Shown one piece after another: positions 53,401 through 64,000 of a DNA stretch of 64,000 bases; positions within the stretch are counted from its first letter, which is position 1, and each line of letters begins with the position of its first letter. Under the pieces are notes generated by a model. The model saw only the letters and a program-made list of their open reading frames with translations. It was not told the origin of the DNA and searched no databases. The DNA comes from Tubulanus polymorphus (taxonomy: Eukaryota; Animalia; Nemertea), in contig NC_134035.1 of NCBI RefSeq assembly GCF_964204645.1, positions 1,178,001 to 1,242,000 of the forward strand. The letters are read 5' to 3'. Position numbers and translations under genes: made by a program.

Positions 53401-56171
53401 CAGATTCGGCAACTGACAGCTTCGAAACGAAATGTATAAATTGATACTGTAATAACGGTCTCTCTGAACCAACAGATTGTCTGAATGTACTTTCCATCCT
53501 ATTTGAAACTTAAAATTACTTATTAGGTTACTGTAAATAAAGAATTGAATTGAATTGTTAGACAACAAGCACCGGCGAAATAAAAGTTTGTGACGTCATT
53601 TAGTAAGTAAATAAAGGAGGGCTCCAAGAATTTCCAAATCACGGGGGACTATACTGGGGTTAGACTATTCAACCAAAAAGAGGATTGCTCCGATAATATC
53701 CAAATCATCTCATTTTATTTTTTCCATCGAATACCCGGTAATTAATTTTTCCTTTCGATCACATGCATCCAGAAAACCCGTTATCGCTGCTTTGCAGCTA
53801 TATTTTAACATTAAATGCCTAGAAGAATTTCAGCGCCTGCGCATGCAGCTTACTTCTTAGCCGCCACTCAGTGATACATCTAAATTCATTAATCAATGAG
53901 ACAGCTTGTTTTTGCGCACTTTCAGGTGGAACTCATTTACGTCAATCCCAAGGATTCTTCTTTTACCTAATTCCAATTAAATAAGAAAACTCGATTTGGT
54001 GAAATTCACTAAATTTCGATCTTTTTACCATGCCTATATGCACCATGATCCCACAAGAAGAATAACTTCAGTTCGTAGGCATGGTGTTCATGATGTTCAA
54101 GTCGGTATATTACCTAAATGTTTATCTTTTAAGAATTTTTAACGCTTAAACGAGTAAAACCCTTCAAACTACCCCAGATGGCCAGACATTCTAAACTTCG
54201 TTGCCAAACAAGAAACTAAATGTGAATGATAATAGAAATAACAGAGTTGGCATGCCAACTATTGGTGTCCGGCAGGTGACATCCTCCCACTGCAGGGATT
54301 TGAACCATGATGTGGCCGCAAAGTATAGAGCGTCCCCCCACCAGGGTGACCACAAACCACCCACTAGCAAATTCCCTGTGTTTGTTTTCCCTGTGAAAAG
54401 TTGATTTTCCCTGTGCTCGGCATCATATGGAGACCATGATCAATATAAAATTAAAAGACAAGCAGCCTATCGTCTGATATAGCTCCGCTGTGATTTTACA
54501 AATTTGTTAGAAAGTGGCGCTATAACGTTGTATTACTTACCATATGATCTTCGATATATAATCAGGTAGACAATTGTAAACATTCGCGGTGAAAACGCGC
54601 GTGCGAGACAAAAGTAATTTCCCTGTGTTTTCCAGATTTTTACCAATTTCCCTGTGTTTTCCCTGAGAAAAATCATTTCCCTGTGTTTTCCCTGTTTTCC
54701 AGATTCGTGGTCACCCTGCCCACCGTCTGGGGTAGTAAATGGTTTACTTAATTAGTAATGAATTCAATGTTTTAAGAAAAAATCTTTTTTCAAATATTTC
54801 CCCTCCCTAATTATTTCAAGTCCATCTAATCTGTAATGCAACTTATAAAGAACAGCCTAATGGAACCAAAAATTAAAAATAAAATTAACATATGGAGTAT
54901 ACCCCGATTTTATCGTCAAGGTGACACAATCGAGATTCAGCTGACGAAGGGTTAAAGATGTATCGCAGGTAAGTTAGAGACCATCGATCAAATCGCCGAC
55001 GCGCGATTCTCTACCACGCTGCGCCGGCGTCGTCGCGCGATACCATCGCCAAAAAGATGAAATTAATTTCGATCTGTCAATGTAATGCCGGTTCGAAATC
55101 TAAAAGATTAATTCCGTCGTCGTTTCGCGCCGTCGCGTTTTCAATTTCCTGAGCAGCATTTGTTTTAGTGGCGGAGACGACGCTCAGGTAACGGGCAGGA
55201 TTCTAACCCAGTCGGAAAATAATTAGCTAAAAACAAGATAAGCAGTAATAATGACAAATGCAAAACCGAATGAGCAAAAAGAATAGTTTCAATGATTTAT
55301 AGCGAAAAAGTTATCGTATGTTTTTTGATTTCTGAGCATTTGTTCCGATAGCAGACAACGCTCGGGTAGAGGCAGGATTCAACTAAGTTTAATGATTTAT
55401 AGCTTATCGTTTCATAGCCTACTTTTTCAAAATTTTCTTTTAAAAAGATATTTAATGCTATCTGCGTTAAGAATGTCTCAAGGCCTGCTATAGATTTCCG
55501 AGAAAAAGTTTCTAGTTCAGGGATACTTCGATCGATTTTTAACACCTATCGATCAAACGGTGAGCCCTACGGGACCAAGTTTTATCAACCGATAGTGACT
55601 TAAACCCAGGGGCTAGGGGCTTAAGTCAATTACCAGTTGAAATACCGGTTTAATTTAATAGAAAACCTAGCTACTCAGTTACATGAAAGAAATCCAATAA
55701 TAATCCAGGTAAAGACATACAATCCTTGAACAACTGATTGTATCCAGCCAGTTGCTCTCATGCGCCAAAAACTGCCCGGCAACTAGTTGTCTCCAATCGC
55801 AGTGTCGAAGCACACCCCTTTAAATTAAAACCCTGTTTTCTTTTTTATTTTGGTGCCTAGTTGTGTCACTAGGTGGTGCACTGGGTGACAACTTGACCCC
55901 CATACTAACATTATACCCAAGTTTCATCAAGATCGACCCACTATTGATGAAGCTAAGTAGCTGAAAGACAGACACAGTACGAAAATAAGGGTCTCGTAAC
56001 GGACATCCGAGAACCAATAACCCAGAAGTACTTACCGTTTTTGTATGGCTCCGGGACCACAAGACTTCGAACACGGCGACCAATTCTGCCACATTCCCAG
56101 CTCACAGTTCTGGGGACACGGCACCTGACAAGCACGTTCTTTAGACGGCAAACTCAAACTTTTAGATTGAC
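28805..56171 (-). CDS. THSD7A: Thrombospondin type-1 domain-containing protein 7-like (THSD7A/B-like) single-pass membrane protein, 5'-partial, 23 exons
   Basis: Exons joined through GT-AG sites with matching phases give 4565 nt (2 nt + 1521 codons including TGA). The protein has alternating TSP1 repeats (WSxWSxCS..CG..R.R / W...W..C...CG.G.Q.R.V.C), two EGF-like Cys modules, a TM helix (AIWIAIAVGSIVIIMLMVLSLIFIC) and a long tail. The symbol is family-level only; A versus B cannot be resolved. Confidence 0.88.
29955..30229. mobile_element. Diverged copy of the 7001-7289 piggyBac-type MITE
   Basis: gcatctacaccacagtgcgatgta...gcggtgtagacgcactatag...cagcactgaaagagtta. Confidence 0.75.
32293..32529 (-). 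CDS. THSD7-like exon (proximal cytoplasmic tail)
   Basis: cttgccag|NVTNGNNVRYCFSRRRFTGHLSL...GGTRH|gtgagc; open frame with exon-like CG-rich codon usage. Confidence 0.78.
32826..32933. mobile_element. PIF/Harbinger-like MITE (CTG TSD), inserted in a CAGGG-family element
   Basis: CTG|GACCCTGTTCCACAG...CTGTGGAACTGGGTC|CTG. Confidence 0.8.
32985..33063 (-). CDS. THSD7-like exon (transmembrane helix)
   Basis: attacag|NAIWIAIAVGSIVIIMLMVLSLIFICR|gtcagt. Confidence 0.88.
33150..33212 (-). CDS. THSD7-like exon (juxtamembrane stalk)
   Basis: tgttgtag|NITCNYRQALTRENQASKGLS|gtaagt. Confidence 0.8.
33348..33461. mobile_element. PIF/Harbinger-like MITE (CAG TSD)
   Basis: CAG|GACCCAGTTCCACAG...GGAACCGGATC|CAG. 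Confidence 0.78.
33661..33786 (-). CDS. THSD7-like exon (second Cys-rich/EGF-like module)
   Basis: GDGRVCYPKMGCLSDQHCPINESYCDIHRSVCQCKDGSLPLN. Confidence 0.87.
34205..34333 (-). CDS. THSD7-like exon (EGF-like module)
   Basis: GGARVTGGCSRSRRPDGNWNCNNECSREAECHYGKCQCNQGFE. Confidence 0.87.
34625..34722 (-). CDS. THSD7-like exon
   Basis: KSCHDVDMLCPSFQWIIDGWIVPGEREIYCVTQ; required to restore the frame (phase 2 to phase 1). Confidence 0.85.
34814..34956 (-). CDS. THSD7-like exon
   Basis: VTEWSPFGPCYRDCSNADGTGIKIRTRSIIKPAERGGLACPSALKEF. Confidence 0.9.
35053..35144 (-). CDS. THSD7-like exon
   Basis: GSKGNLASIDLSKLDLRTTQPCGSPCPHDCM; phases fit both neighbours. Confidence 0.85.
35641..35815 (-). 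CDS. THSD7-like exon
   Basis: TTTCGLEPCVLYTYSWYRGPWSSC...CRRSDGVAVQNIHCLIK. Confidence 0.9.
35887..36017. mobile_element. Palindromic MITE
   Basis: GGGCTGCAGTTGCT...AGCAACTGCAGCCC; related to 60017-60279. Confidence 0.75.
36486..36742 (-). CDS. THSD7-like exon
   Basis: GQRMRPVQCVREAG...CRVGRYTRWTTCSGCG...GRACPGSEILEQ. Confidence 0.9.
36976..37209 (-). CDS. THSD7-like exon
   Basis: GNCIQSPWSEFGQCQC...VGDWSSCQFNRNNDCGR. Confidence 0.9.
38350..38497 (-). CDS. THSD7-like exon
   Basis: WDICKVKFGLTCGDGVQRRRVTCPAGDESLCEQRMPRLATERSCNVVCK. Confidence 0.9.
38614..38893. mobile_element. Diverged copy of the piggyBac-type MITE
   Basis: ctacaccatagtgcagtgta...ttagtcagcaatgaaagggctaa. Confidence 0.7.
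38984..39111 (-). CDS. THSD7-like exon
   Basis: GLQKRTRLVIIPVENGGRPCGPIVDTRHCEDIPCENFLWRTTD. Confidence 0.9.
39441..39641 (-). CDS. THSD7-like exon
   Basis: GHSTCGMGVQARPVSC...CPGDCQLSPWSQWESCSAKCGQ. Confidence 0.9.
40242..40379 (-). CDS. THSD7-like exon
   Basis: DSRINATVQCPHIKRTDLTERLECGVEPCPVYSWQTGTWGSCMLND. Confidence 0.88.
40800..40967 (-). CDS. THSD7-like exon
   Basis: ANCLKLAGAPPDNQRRCFKPCAGDCVLSPWSDFGPCSQSCG...RTRSLVNL. Confidence 0.9.
41335..41499 (-). CDS. THSD7-like exon
   Basis: GAEAEHRICPNLPRCPVFYWISRPWQVC...GIQKRDVICFSDGKEVDP. Confidence 0.9.
41670..41891 (-). CDS. THSD7-like exon
   Basis: GYKEGTKLCDETTRPADSQVCRIPEPQDCVMGQWSDWSACSQSCG...CPPNTDEN. Confidence 0.9.
41915..41973. 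repeat. (TAA)n microsatellite
   Basis: Read directly from the sequence; explains the poly-Tyr ORF. Confidence 0.95.
45237..45416 (-). CDS. THSD7-like exon
   Basis: VNQSGGKCVEDYELTETQLCNQIPCERHYWQYSAWSTC...HVFCEKVP. Confidence 0.88.
45630..45762. mobile_element. Partial reverse copy of the piggyBac-type MITE
   Basis: ...tacaccacaatgcggtgtactagcaaa...cactgaaagggttaa. Confidence 0.7.
45950..46213 (-). CDS. THSD7-like exon
   Basis: GSWSVCYMDVNNVRCGTGSQIRVVYC...CELSPWSEWSLCTKSCGIQGGTQYRKREIE; AG/GT boundaries. Confidence 0.9.
46274..46403. repeat. 27-bp tandem repeat
   Basis: ttaaccctggaactccagtgtcgagat, about 5 copies. Confidence 0.9.
46949..47550. mobile_element. Helentron/HINE (DINE-1-like) non-autonomous element
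   Basis: AACAAG start, subterminal inverted repeat (ggttctcggg...ctgagaacc) and GACA/TGTC microsatellite core; related copy at about 55850-56020. Confidence 0.55.
48005..48175. repeat. 56-bp minisatellite, second locus
   Basis: Same unit as 4095-4365. Confidence 0.88.
50164..50267 (-). CDS. THSD7-like exon
   Basis: attgtag|RQRPVLKPARYGGKQCGQSDEIKQCENIPCVWWYTG|gtaagt; bridges phase 2 to phase 1. Confidence 0.9.
50368..50481. repeat. 18-bp tandem repeat
   Basis: ctgattagaaatggggca, about 6 copies. Confidence 0.88.
52270..52570. repeat. Degenerate (TCTG/TCTA)n low-complexity tract
   Basis: Read directly from the sequence. Confidence 0.8.
54342..54718. mobile_element. CAGGG-ended non-autonomous DNA transposon with 5-bp TSD (hAT5-like)
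   Basis: CCCAC|CAGGGTGACCAC...GTGGTCACCCTG|CCCAC; subterminal ttccctg repeats. Confidence 0.8.
56036..56171 (-). CDS. THSD7-like exon (first found in window)
   Basis: ctcttcag|GQSKSLSLPSKERACQVPCPQNCELGMWQNWSPCSKSCGPGAIQKR|gtaagt; this frame is not in the ORF track. Confidence 0.9.
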
Positions 56172-56779
56172 CTGAAGAGAAATATCGAAAAAATGGCATC
56201 ACTCGAATTAAAACATAGTTTTCTAAAATTTGACTTCAAACTACGATGATTTTCATATCAAGACCATTTTTCCTACAATCAGAAAGAGAGTTTCCATCAT
56301 TTCAGAGAATTCCAAATGTATGGAAAAACGCACAACGATCGAAGTGCTACATCAATGTCTGATCGACTGTTTATAAAAACTACCCCGATACAAAACTTTC
56401 CATGTGTCGAAACTTGATAACTTATTCAACCATCAATTTATTGAAATTTTCTTCTAAAACGGTAAACAGAAGTTTCTAGAATAACCGAGTAAATATGTAA
56501 AATATATGTGTGTGCAAGGGTCTGGGAGAAGATGAAAGATATCAGATCTCAACGCAAAACTGCTACAAACGATAATTGGCTGTTTTGATTATTTATATCT
56601 AGACGTTTCAAATTTCATTTCGATTGATTTCGCTGATAGAAAATTTCACATACGTCTCCTCCCAGACGACGCAGGGAAACACGCAATCTAACGTATTTAA
56701 TCTCGGAAATAATGTTCCTGAAACCAGGTTTCATTTCTCGTAAATGTACATGACACTTACAGGGAAACATTAAGAAATA

Positions 56780-57046
56780 CAGGGCGGCCATTTTTGTTTC
56801 ACTTGCTTCTCCCTGACTATTCCCTGACACGTTTTCCCTGACTTGATCAGCTAAGAATCCAATCAGTTAACACCAGTCAAATATTCAAGTCATAGACAGA
56901 AATTGTTTGACTTTGATCTAGCAATCTCAACTAATTTTTCCAACTAATTCCCAGATTTTCAGCTTTTTTTCAATGAAATTCCCCGACCTGTTTTAAAGAA
57001 AAGAAAATTCCCTGACTTTTCACTGATTTGAAGTGGCGCCACCCTG
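56780..57046. mobile_element. CAGGG-ended non-autonomous DNA transposon with 5-bp TSD
   Basis: AAATA|CAGGGCGGCCA...GGCGCCACCCTG|AAATA; related fragments near 418, 6200-6571, 32570-32961, 36090-36475 and 40440-40790. Confidence 0.78.
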
Positions 57047-60016
57047 AAATATGACTGGAAGAGACTGATATTAATCTCAATATTTAAAGTTAAGACCCAC
57101 AGTTGATATTTTAGCGTTCATTGTCTATCCGACATCATTTTTGGTTTCTTTGATAGGATTTAGACAATAAACGCTTTAATATGAACTGTGGGTTCTTACT
57201 TGTTTAACGCTGAAATATATGTATCTGTTTCCCATTTCCCCGAGTTGAGCTCGAGTGAAGTTGTTTGGCGTATAGAGTGGTATGGAGAGTGGTATGGAGA
57301 GTGGTATGGTACGACACATGGTTGAGTGGTATTGAATAATACCGCGTATATACTAACATAACACGTGTGTATCTCGGAATCAACGCCTATAGACCCCGAG
57401 GTAAACAAAAACCAACTGTAATAGGTTTCATGTTTAACCGAACTCATTCAAAAATAAATGCGATACAAAGTCACGACAAAGTGAAAGGAATCCTCCCGGG
57501 GAGGACGGTCGATACCTTTTCATAGCGAAGAAGGAGTGTAATCATGTTATATACCACCCACAAATAGTAGTGATTTCACGTAGGTAAATATTGTAAATAT
57601 TTGAGATGTTGCCAAGTTGACAATTGATCTAACCACCGCATATATACGCATAAAACATGATCATACATAAAACATCCCGAGGCTATAGACGTTCGCTGTG
57701 AAACTACCACGGTAAGAACCTCGCAGTTAATCATTTCGATAATATATTTCATCCGCAATCGATTTCTGTATTCAATATTAGCGAATTGTTGAAATTTTCA
57801 GCGAACTCATCGGAATTATTGACCGTCCAAAGGTGAATGAGTTGCTGAGAGTATCATTCTGCTACCGGGACCCAACCCAAGGGCAGTCTCGACCCCGTAT
57901 ACTGAAACTATCGATCTTTTACTGGGAGCCCATGACTGGGGTTGTATGGCCCTTGTACTCCTTCAGCCTAGAAACTGCAGCCCTAGGCCTGGACCCCACC
58001 CCTCAGAAATTCTTAACATTATCACCACTATTATCGTGCTTGATTGTCCATGTGTTCAGTGCTTCACCTGAGACTTATTTTTTTTTAATAGAAAATGAAC
58101 TACAAACACCAGACATAAGACAACTATCAGCAAAATTTCAAAACCTGATCGTCCACACTCAGTGAATAACTGAAGGAGAGAACAGGTTACAGATACCTGT
58201 ATGAAAGTCCAGCCAAGTACAAACAAGGGAAACGAATTATGAATGGATTTTTTATCTTGTTAAGACTTTGTCGATGATGATAACATGGCATCGCGCGGTA
58301 AAAACAGGCCTTTGTAATCCTTACTGAGAGACATTCTAATAAGCTTCATCTGGAACGAGATGTAAGCCGTTGCTCGAGGGCGCATGTCAAACATAATACA
58401 GGGTCTCTGCGGGCGCTAGATGGAAACAAACACGTCTTTGAAGGTCTGAGAAGAAACAGATTAATGTATTTGTAGATTAGATCAGGCATTGAATATCATA
58501 CACTGCCCAATATGGATCTTCAACACTATCAGCTGCACTTTAATGGTACCTTTTGTTCTTAGGCTTGTTTTTATCAATAATCTATCTTCAGGTGAATTTA
58601 TCCTGTTGAATCAGATCTTACTGTCCTAACAGTAATTTGCTAGAAAGTCTGTATTGTGTCAATAAAATCAAATCAGATTTGTACAACGGGATGAATTTGA
58701 TTCGATACGTTCAAAATGGATGACGAGAAAATACTGCCCCTGGTCTCTACGGATGAGTTTCAGTTTCACTTCAGAGTTTTGACCATTTTGGTCAGTTTTC
58801 CAAGAGCAAAGTGGATGGGGAGGTTTTCCATTTGATAACATATGATTTTGGACGGTAAAATGATTCCACAGGTATCGTGTTTATTAGATCTTACTGCTAA
58901 GAGCACGTTCACCACTAACAAAATGGCGGAAAAACTCTTGTGAAAGAAAAACTAGTAATTGAACAGTTAAGTTCAATGTCGTCTGGTCGAGTATTTCTGC
59001 GAAACTTCGTTCCGACGTAGAATGCAGGTATCGTGTACAGTTTATCGCAGGTACGTACAGCAGCCACCCGGCGATATATCGAGAGTTCATTGAAATATCC
59101 GCACGAGGCGACGCCGTTAATCCGAAAGTCATCAACTAATGGCCGCCGTCGCGCGGGTCGACAAACGAACGCGGGAAAAAAATCCGCCGACCGCAATTTA
59201 GGGTAGTGAATCGCCGACGCGAACAAAGACGGCGGATTTTCAGGCGATCGGTTCGACAACGCGCGCACGCAGATTGATTACGCGGAGAGTCGGATTTCTT
59301 TACGACGCAGCGACGGGGACGACCATCACGGTGAATTTATCAAAAAGAGATCAGACGATACGACGACCGTCAATAGCTGCTCGCGCACTACGTGAAATAA
59401 AGTTACCCGTCGTCGTCGTCTTCATCGCAACAAAAGCCTCGAAGATGAATTAAACGACGCGATTCTCATCTCTCTGCGGAGGTGAATCGTGAATCAGAGG
59501 TGAATCGTTCGAACTAACAATTTGTAAAATACGTTAACAACTGAATTTCAAGCGATTTGATACAGTACCGATAAAACCTACTTACGTTAATGATAGCGGC
59601 GTCGTCGGCTTTGTGGCGAAATTGGAAACGAACTCTAGAAAAAACGGCCGGATAAAGAGGGATCACCAAGAGTTTCGATAACGTTTATTAAAGCTTTCGA
59701 ACGAAGTCATTCTCTCTAACGAACGACTTTTATTAAAGACCTCAAGTCACAATTCAATCTAACGAAAGCTGTAGCAATTACATTAGCCACAATCGCGTCG
59801 AAATGGTTTTTGGCCCCTGCTACATTAGGCCCGCACTTATTTCGGCCCGACCAAAAACATCGGACCAGGCCTGGGGCAAATATTGGCACGGGTCAAATCA
59901 TTTGATTACGATGAATATAAAACTTAAACTTGAATTTGGTTTTGGAAACGACTATTGTGAATAATGGCATGGTATGATTTGGCAAAATCAGCAGGCTAAA
60001 GGCGTGCAGAGTCCAG

Positions 60017-60279
60017 GGGCTTCAGTTGCTCAAAAATTGTCTAAGAGTTAACCAGTGGATAGTTAAAAGTTCATTGTAACTCCTGGGCCTGGTTTCATAG
60101 ACCGAGTATCAAAGTTATCCCTAGGGGTATATCCTCAATCTGGCTGACAACCACCATAGTAACAAGGAGAAACCATGGTTATAACTGATAAATTTCAAAA
60201 TGTTCCAGGGACTTTCATTCTTCCACATCTATGAAACCCACCCCTGGTTATCTTTAACCAACTTTAGAGCAACTGGTCC
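60017..60279. mobile_element. MITE containing a nested MITE (60086-60243)
   Basis: Outer GGGCTTCAGTTGCT...AGCAACTGGTCC; inner CTG|GGCCTGGTTTCATAG...CTATGAAACCCACCC|CTG. Confidence 0.75.
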
Positions 60280-60842
60280 CTGGTTCTGGTCACTCTTGGC
60301 CGTATGTTAGTCAGATTACCACGATGACCTGAGCCGCGATTGACGAATGAAATAAAGATGCACTTTGATGTCTTTTCTAACGAGACCGAATATTTTTTTT
60401 TGTTCCGGGGAGGAGTAAAGCCTACGTCGTCGTCGTCGTACTACGATCCGCGCCGATCAAAGACGTCGTAATGAGAGTCGACATCAACGACGACAACGAC
60501 GGAAGTTTCTATTCAGAGCAGACGTAAGAAACGGTAAAACTAGGAGCGCCGACAGGAAATGACAGCCAATTCCAGAACGAGGGAAATGAAACCGATGATT
60601 AACTACCCGACAAACCGGTCAATTTTATTTCAGTTAAGCGTTTTAAAGTCACGGCTAGAATCGACCGTACGTCATTAGATACTTCTCAAGAGTTTCCTCA
60701 ACGCCATCCTCTAGAATCTGGTGCTGTATCTTTAGATAGAGGGGCTGATACAAGGAGAGGGTGCAGGGGTGCGCACAAACTCTCACAAACACTCTTACTT
60801 AGTTTCACTTGAAACATAGCTTTGACTTTCAAGCCCACTTTA

Positions 60843-61173
60843 CATGGTTCCCACAGTTATATGAATTCAAAATCCCCAAGTTTTTCCCAAGTATTTTATG
60901 GGTGATTTCTCAATTTTCCCAAATGCAAATGAACACATATCGTCATGGAACAGTCAACATTTTAGCGGTGACTGGTTGATAAAGGTGATTTTCAAGGGAA
61001 ATTGCTGAAGAAAGTTGCCCTTGGCAAATGCAATATGTGAAATATAATGGAATTTCCCAAATATTTCCTTGATTTGAGGAAAATTTTTCAAATTCGCAAA
61101 CATTTCCAAACTGGGAATTATTATTTCAAAATTTCCAAGTTTTTCCCAATTTCCCTGTTCTGTGGGAACCATG
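60843..61173. mobile_element. MITE with CATGGTTCCCACAG terminal inverted repeats
   Basis: Perfect 14-bp TIR and internal ttccc repeats; TSD unclear. Confidence 0.75.
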
Positions 61174-62125
61174 CTCTTACCTTCACTTGAAACACTGTTT
61201 CGTGCTATTTATTTTGAAGACAATCGATGATGCTGTGTGCAACATAGTTTTAACACGACAGATCTACGATCTCAGATCTCTGTGACCAAAGAGTGACGAC
61301 TGTAATCGTCGCCTTAGTTTTCACCCAAAACATGGCCCCATCAAAAGAGATCGCCTCAGACTCGATTACATAGTTAGACCGATGAATGTCGAGCACAAAG
61401 TGAAAAAGTAGTTTATGTCATTTGATTTGTTTTACCAGACTCCTGTTCATTATTTCAATATGATCTGCACGAACGCATGACAAAACTATTCAATATTACA
61501 TTGCAGTGTGATTTATCAATCAATTAAGCCTGATTTGACAATCGGGCGCATATTGGCTATTTTATCGCTATCAATCATGCTCAATCCGGAAACCTGCCGT
61601 TTTCCGGTCGACGGTGAAGTATTTCTGCCACGCGCGCGAGAGAGAGAGTGCGCGCGGGGTAGTGAAAGTCGATGCTTTAAGTGACCGAAGCGCTACGAAA
61701 GCTAAGACGATCGGGGATGAAAACAAGATAAGTAACGATCAATGGTGAAAACGTATCGTGAATTATTTTGTGAAAGGGATGATGGATTCTAGACCCTCAA
61801 CAACTCTGAGGGAGTCTCTCCAACCATTCAATGAAGATTTAATGTTACCCATATATGACAAGCTATATAACAGAGATGTAAGTGGCCAAAGAAAAAAAAA
61901 TAGGAAAATAGTTGATATCCAAAAATTTGGGAAATTTTGCAAATTTTAAGTGTTCTAGGATGCAATTTCACAGCATTTTTCTTTACCAGGAAAATGAAAA
62001 AGAAAAACAGAATTCCCTCAAAAAACGGAAGTCTTACATCTCTGATATAACCACCGGCCAAATGGACTAGTTCTATTGGTCTACTGGTTAGCACTCTTGA
62101 TTTCTATGCATGAGATGAAACCCTG

Positions 62126-62263
62126 GGACCAGTTCCATAGTTGAGACTTACGACCAAAAGTGGTCTTAAATCTAAAGTCTGGTCCTAAGTTGTTAGATTG
62201 GCTATATAACCACGATGGTCTTAGACTGGTCTTAAGTCTAAGCCCTGTCTATGGAACCGGCCC
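62126..62263. mobile_element. PIF/Harbinger-like MITE
   Basis: CTG|GGACCAGTTCCATAG...CTATGGAACCGGCCC|CAG. Confidence 0.72.
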
Positions 62264-63184
62264 CAGGTTTTGATCTGTGGTGAACGCACGTAATTTCAGT
62301 CACTTCTTAATCGTTACATTAACATCTTCCTCACTAATTTCCGCATTTTTCGGTTCGACTACGGAGTTATCTCAATCGTTTTAACTCTTCAGAATTGAAA
62401 TTCCCACATTTACACATGAATTCAAATTTCTTAAGAATTTCGTCGATGATTTTTCAATTTTCCCAAATACAAAAGGCGACTTTGTACATACCATCATACT
62501 TCAAATCTGAATTAAGCAAGTCCGACAACATTTGTAAATGCGCTGTGGGAAACGTATATTCTAACGTTTCAAGATTTAGTTCTAATTGAGCGAATGAAAG
62601 TGCATTTAAGCCGCGGCACTTCTAGTCGTTCCACTTGTTGCCGGATACAAACGAAAGCGATGGATCTTCACAGAGAAGATATAGCTCTTCAAATTCAACG
62701 CAATTAATTTTTCGCAAAAAAAAAGGAGAATTTCAAGATCACAAAAAATGCGTATGCACACGCGATTGAAGACGACGAACTACGAGAGTCGTTGAATATT
62801 TCATGAAGTCATCGTCGCCGTCGTTTACCGCTAAAACGCGTTTTTGTTCCATCTCTCTCTTGTACGACAGGTTTAGAGTGGACCTAGTGTTCTTCTGAAC
62901 TTATCTTCTCCGCGTTATCTCTCTCTACTCAAACCTACTGTGTAAATATCTAGATTTTTGCTCCGATGACAGAATTATCGATAATATCAACTCGCCAACG
63001 GTAGCGTTTTCTTGAGCTAATCACGATCGCCTGAGATTGTTAACAAACGTCCGATATAAAGTTATTCATGAATTCAGAGAGATCCGCTTTAACAGAGAGA
63101 CTCCACAATGGGTGACGAGACTTCTCGACAGTTTCCAAAAAACCATTCGAAAAGGGAACCGATATCGGCCTGGCCCGACCAAAT

Positions 63185-63400
63185 GCGGCAATAGATGATT
63201 CCACTTGTGGCACGTGAGGATCCACCAGGTGTGCTAATGTGCAGTAGGACACCTACTGCGGCAATAGATGATTCCACTTGTGGCACGTGAGGATCCACCA
63301 GGTGTGCTAGTGTGCAGTAGGACACCTAATGCGTCAATAGAGGATTCCACTTGTGGCAAGTGTGGATCCACAAGGGGCACTCTTGCAGTAAGATATCAAG
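63185..63400. repeat. Minisatellite of about 73 bp, related to 27165-27460
   Basis: gattccacttgtggcacgtgaggatccaccaggtgtgctagtgtgcagtaggacac, about 3 copies. Confidence 0.88.
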
Positions 63401-64000
63401 GGACATGATTTGCCTAATTTCTCATGAGGGAGACTAAAAACAAGATGAAAATCAACAAATTGTTATAGGATATGTCCAACATTTCAGTGTCACCTGATGT
63501 GATAGCTGCTATAGTCAGTCCCCATTGCATTTATCATGAATACGTGATATATCTACATATATACACGTGTGAAATGTTCAAGCACTATACCACGGTAAAA
63601 AACTAAGACAAGTAATAACATAAGAACACAAATGAGCACCTGAAAATAATGTAAACCAAGCCCAGATTTATTTTCAGGTTGACAGGTTGAGAAACATTCG
63701 CCCGATTTTTTACGTCGTAAAGTTTTTAACTTAAAAGCTTTGACCTTTAAACGGATTAGTATCACCCCGAGTATATTAACAATGACACCGACGGCAATCT
63801 ATCATCGACACCAACGCAGGAATGAAACGGAGGAATGTTCATTATTATAAGCTTTCTTAAACTTTACTTCAATATTTGATGAACAATAGAAAATTTCAAC
63901 AGTAGAAAAGACGCAGCAAGGAACTGCATCGAACGACGTATCCAAAACCAGCGAAGATAAGAACAAACTGAACAAAAGTAACTAACGCTGCTTAGTTATA

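Noticed and set aside
56172-64000. Further upstream THSD7-like exons / signal peptide
   Set aside because: No Cys/Trp-patterned exon with suitable splice sites was found by eye. The 5' end probably lies beyond the window, although a small exon could have been missed.

Overview
Eukaryotic (invertebrate animal-like, AT-rich, intron-rich) genomic DNA with no prokaryotic features. Two minus-strand, multi-exon genes can be assembled by hand from GT-AG splice sites with consistent phases. (1) A tetraspanin: start codon at 4859, six coding exons down to 148, with the 3' end running off the left edge. (2) A THSD7A/B-like thrombospondin type-1 repeat, single-pass membrane protein: 23 coding exons from 56171 to the stop at 28805 (about 1520 aa in window), with the 5' end not found in the window. 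Its most unusual feature is a cytoplasmic tail of about 440 aa. The tail carries a triple D-[D/E]-V-F (RSK-docking-type) cluster plus EVH1-, SH3-, WIRS- and SH2-type motifs. Introns and intergenic DNA are full of small non-autonomous DNA transposons: piggyBac-type (TTAA), PIF/Harbinger-type (CWG/TAA), CAGGG-ended with 5-bp TSD, and Helentron/HINE-like. There are also minisatellites, foldbacks, a divergent pair of tRNA-like B-box units and a degenerate Penelope-type hammerhead. Nearly all other ORFs in the supplied track are spurious. No clearly novel multi-gene system is evident.
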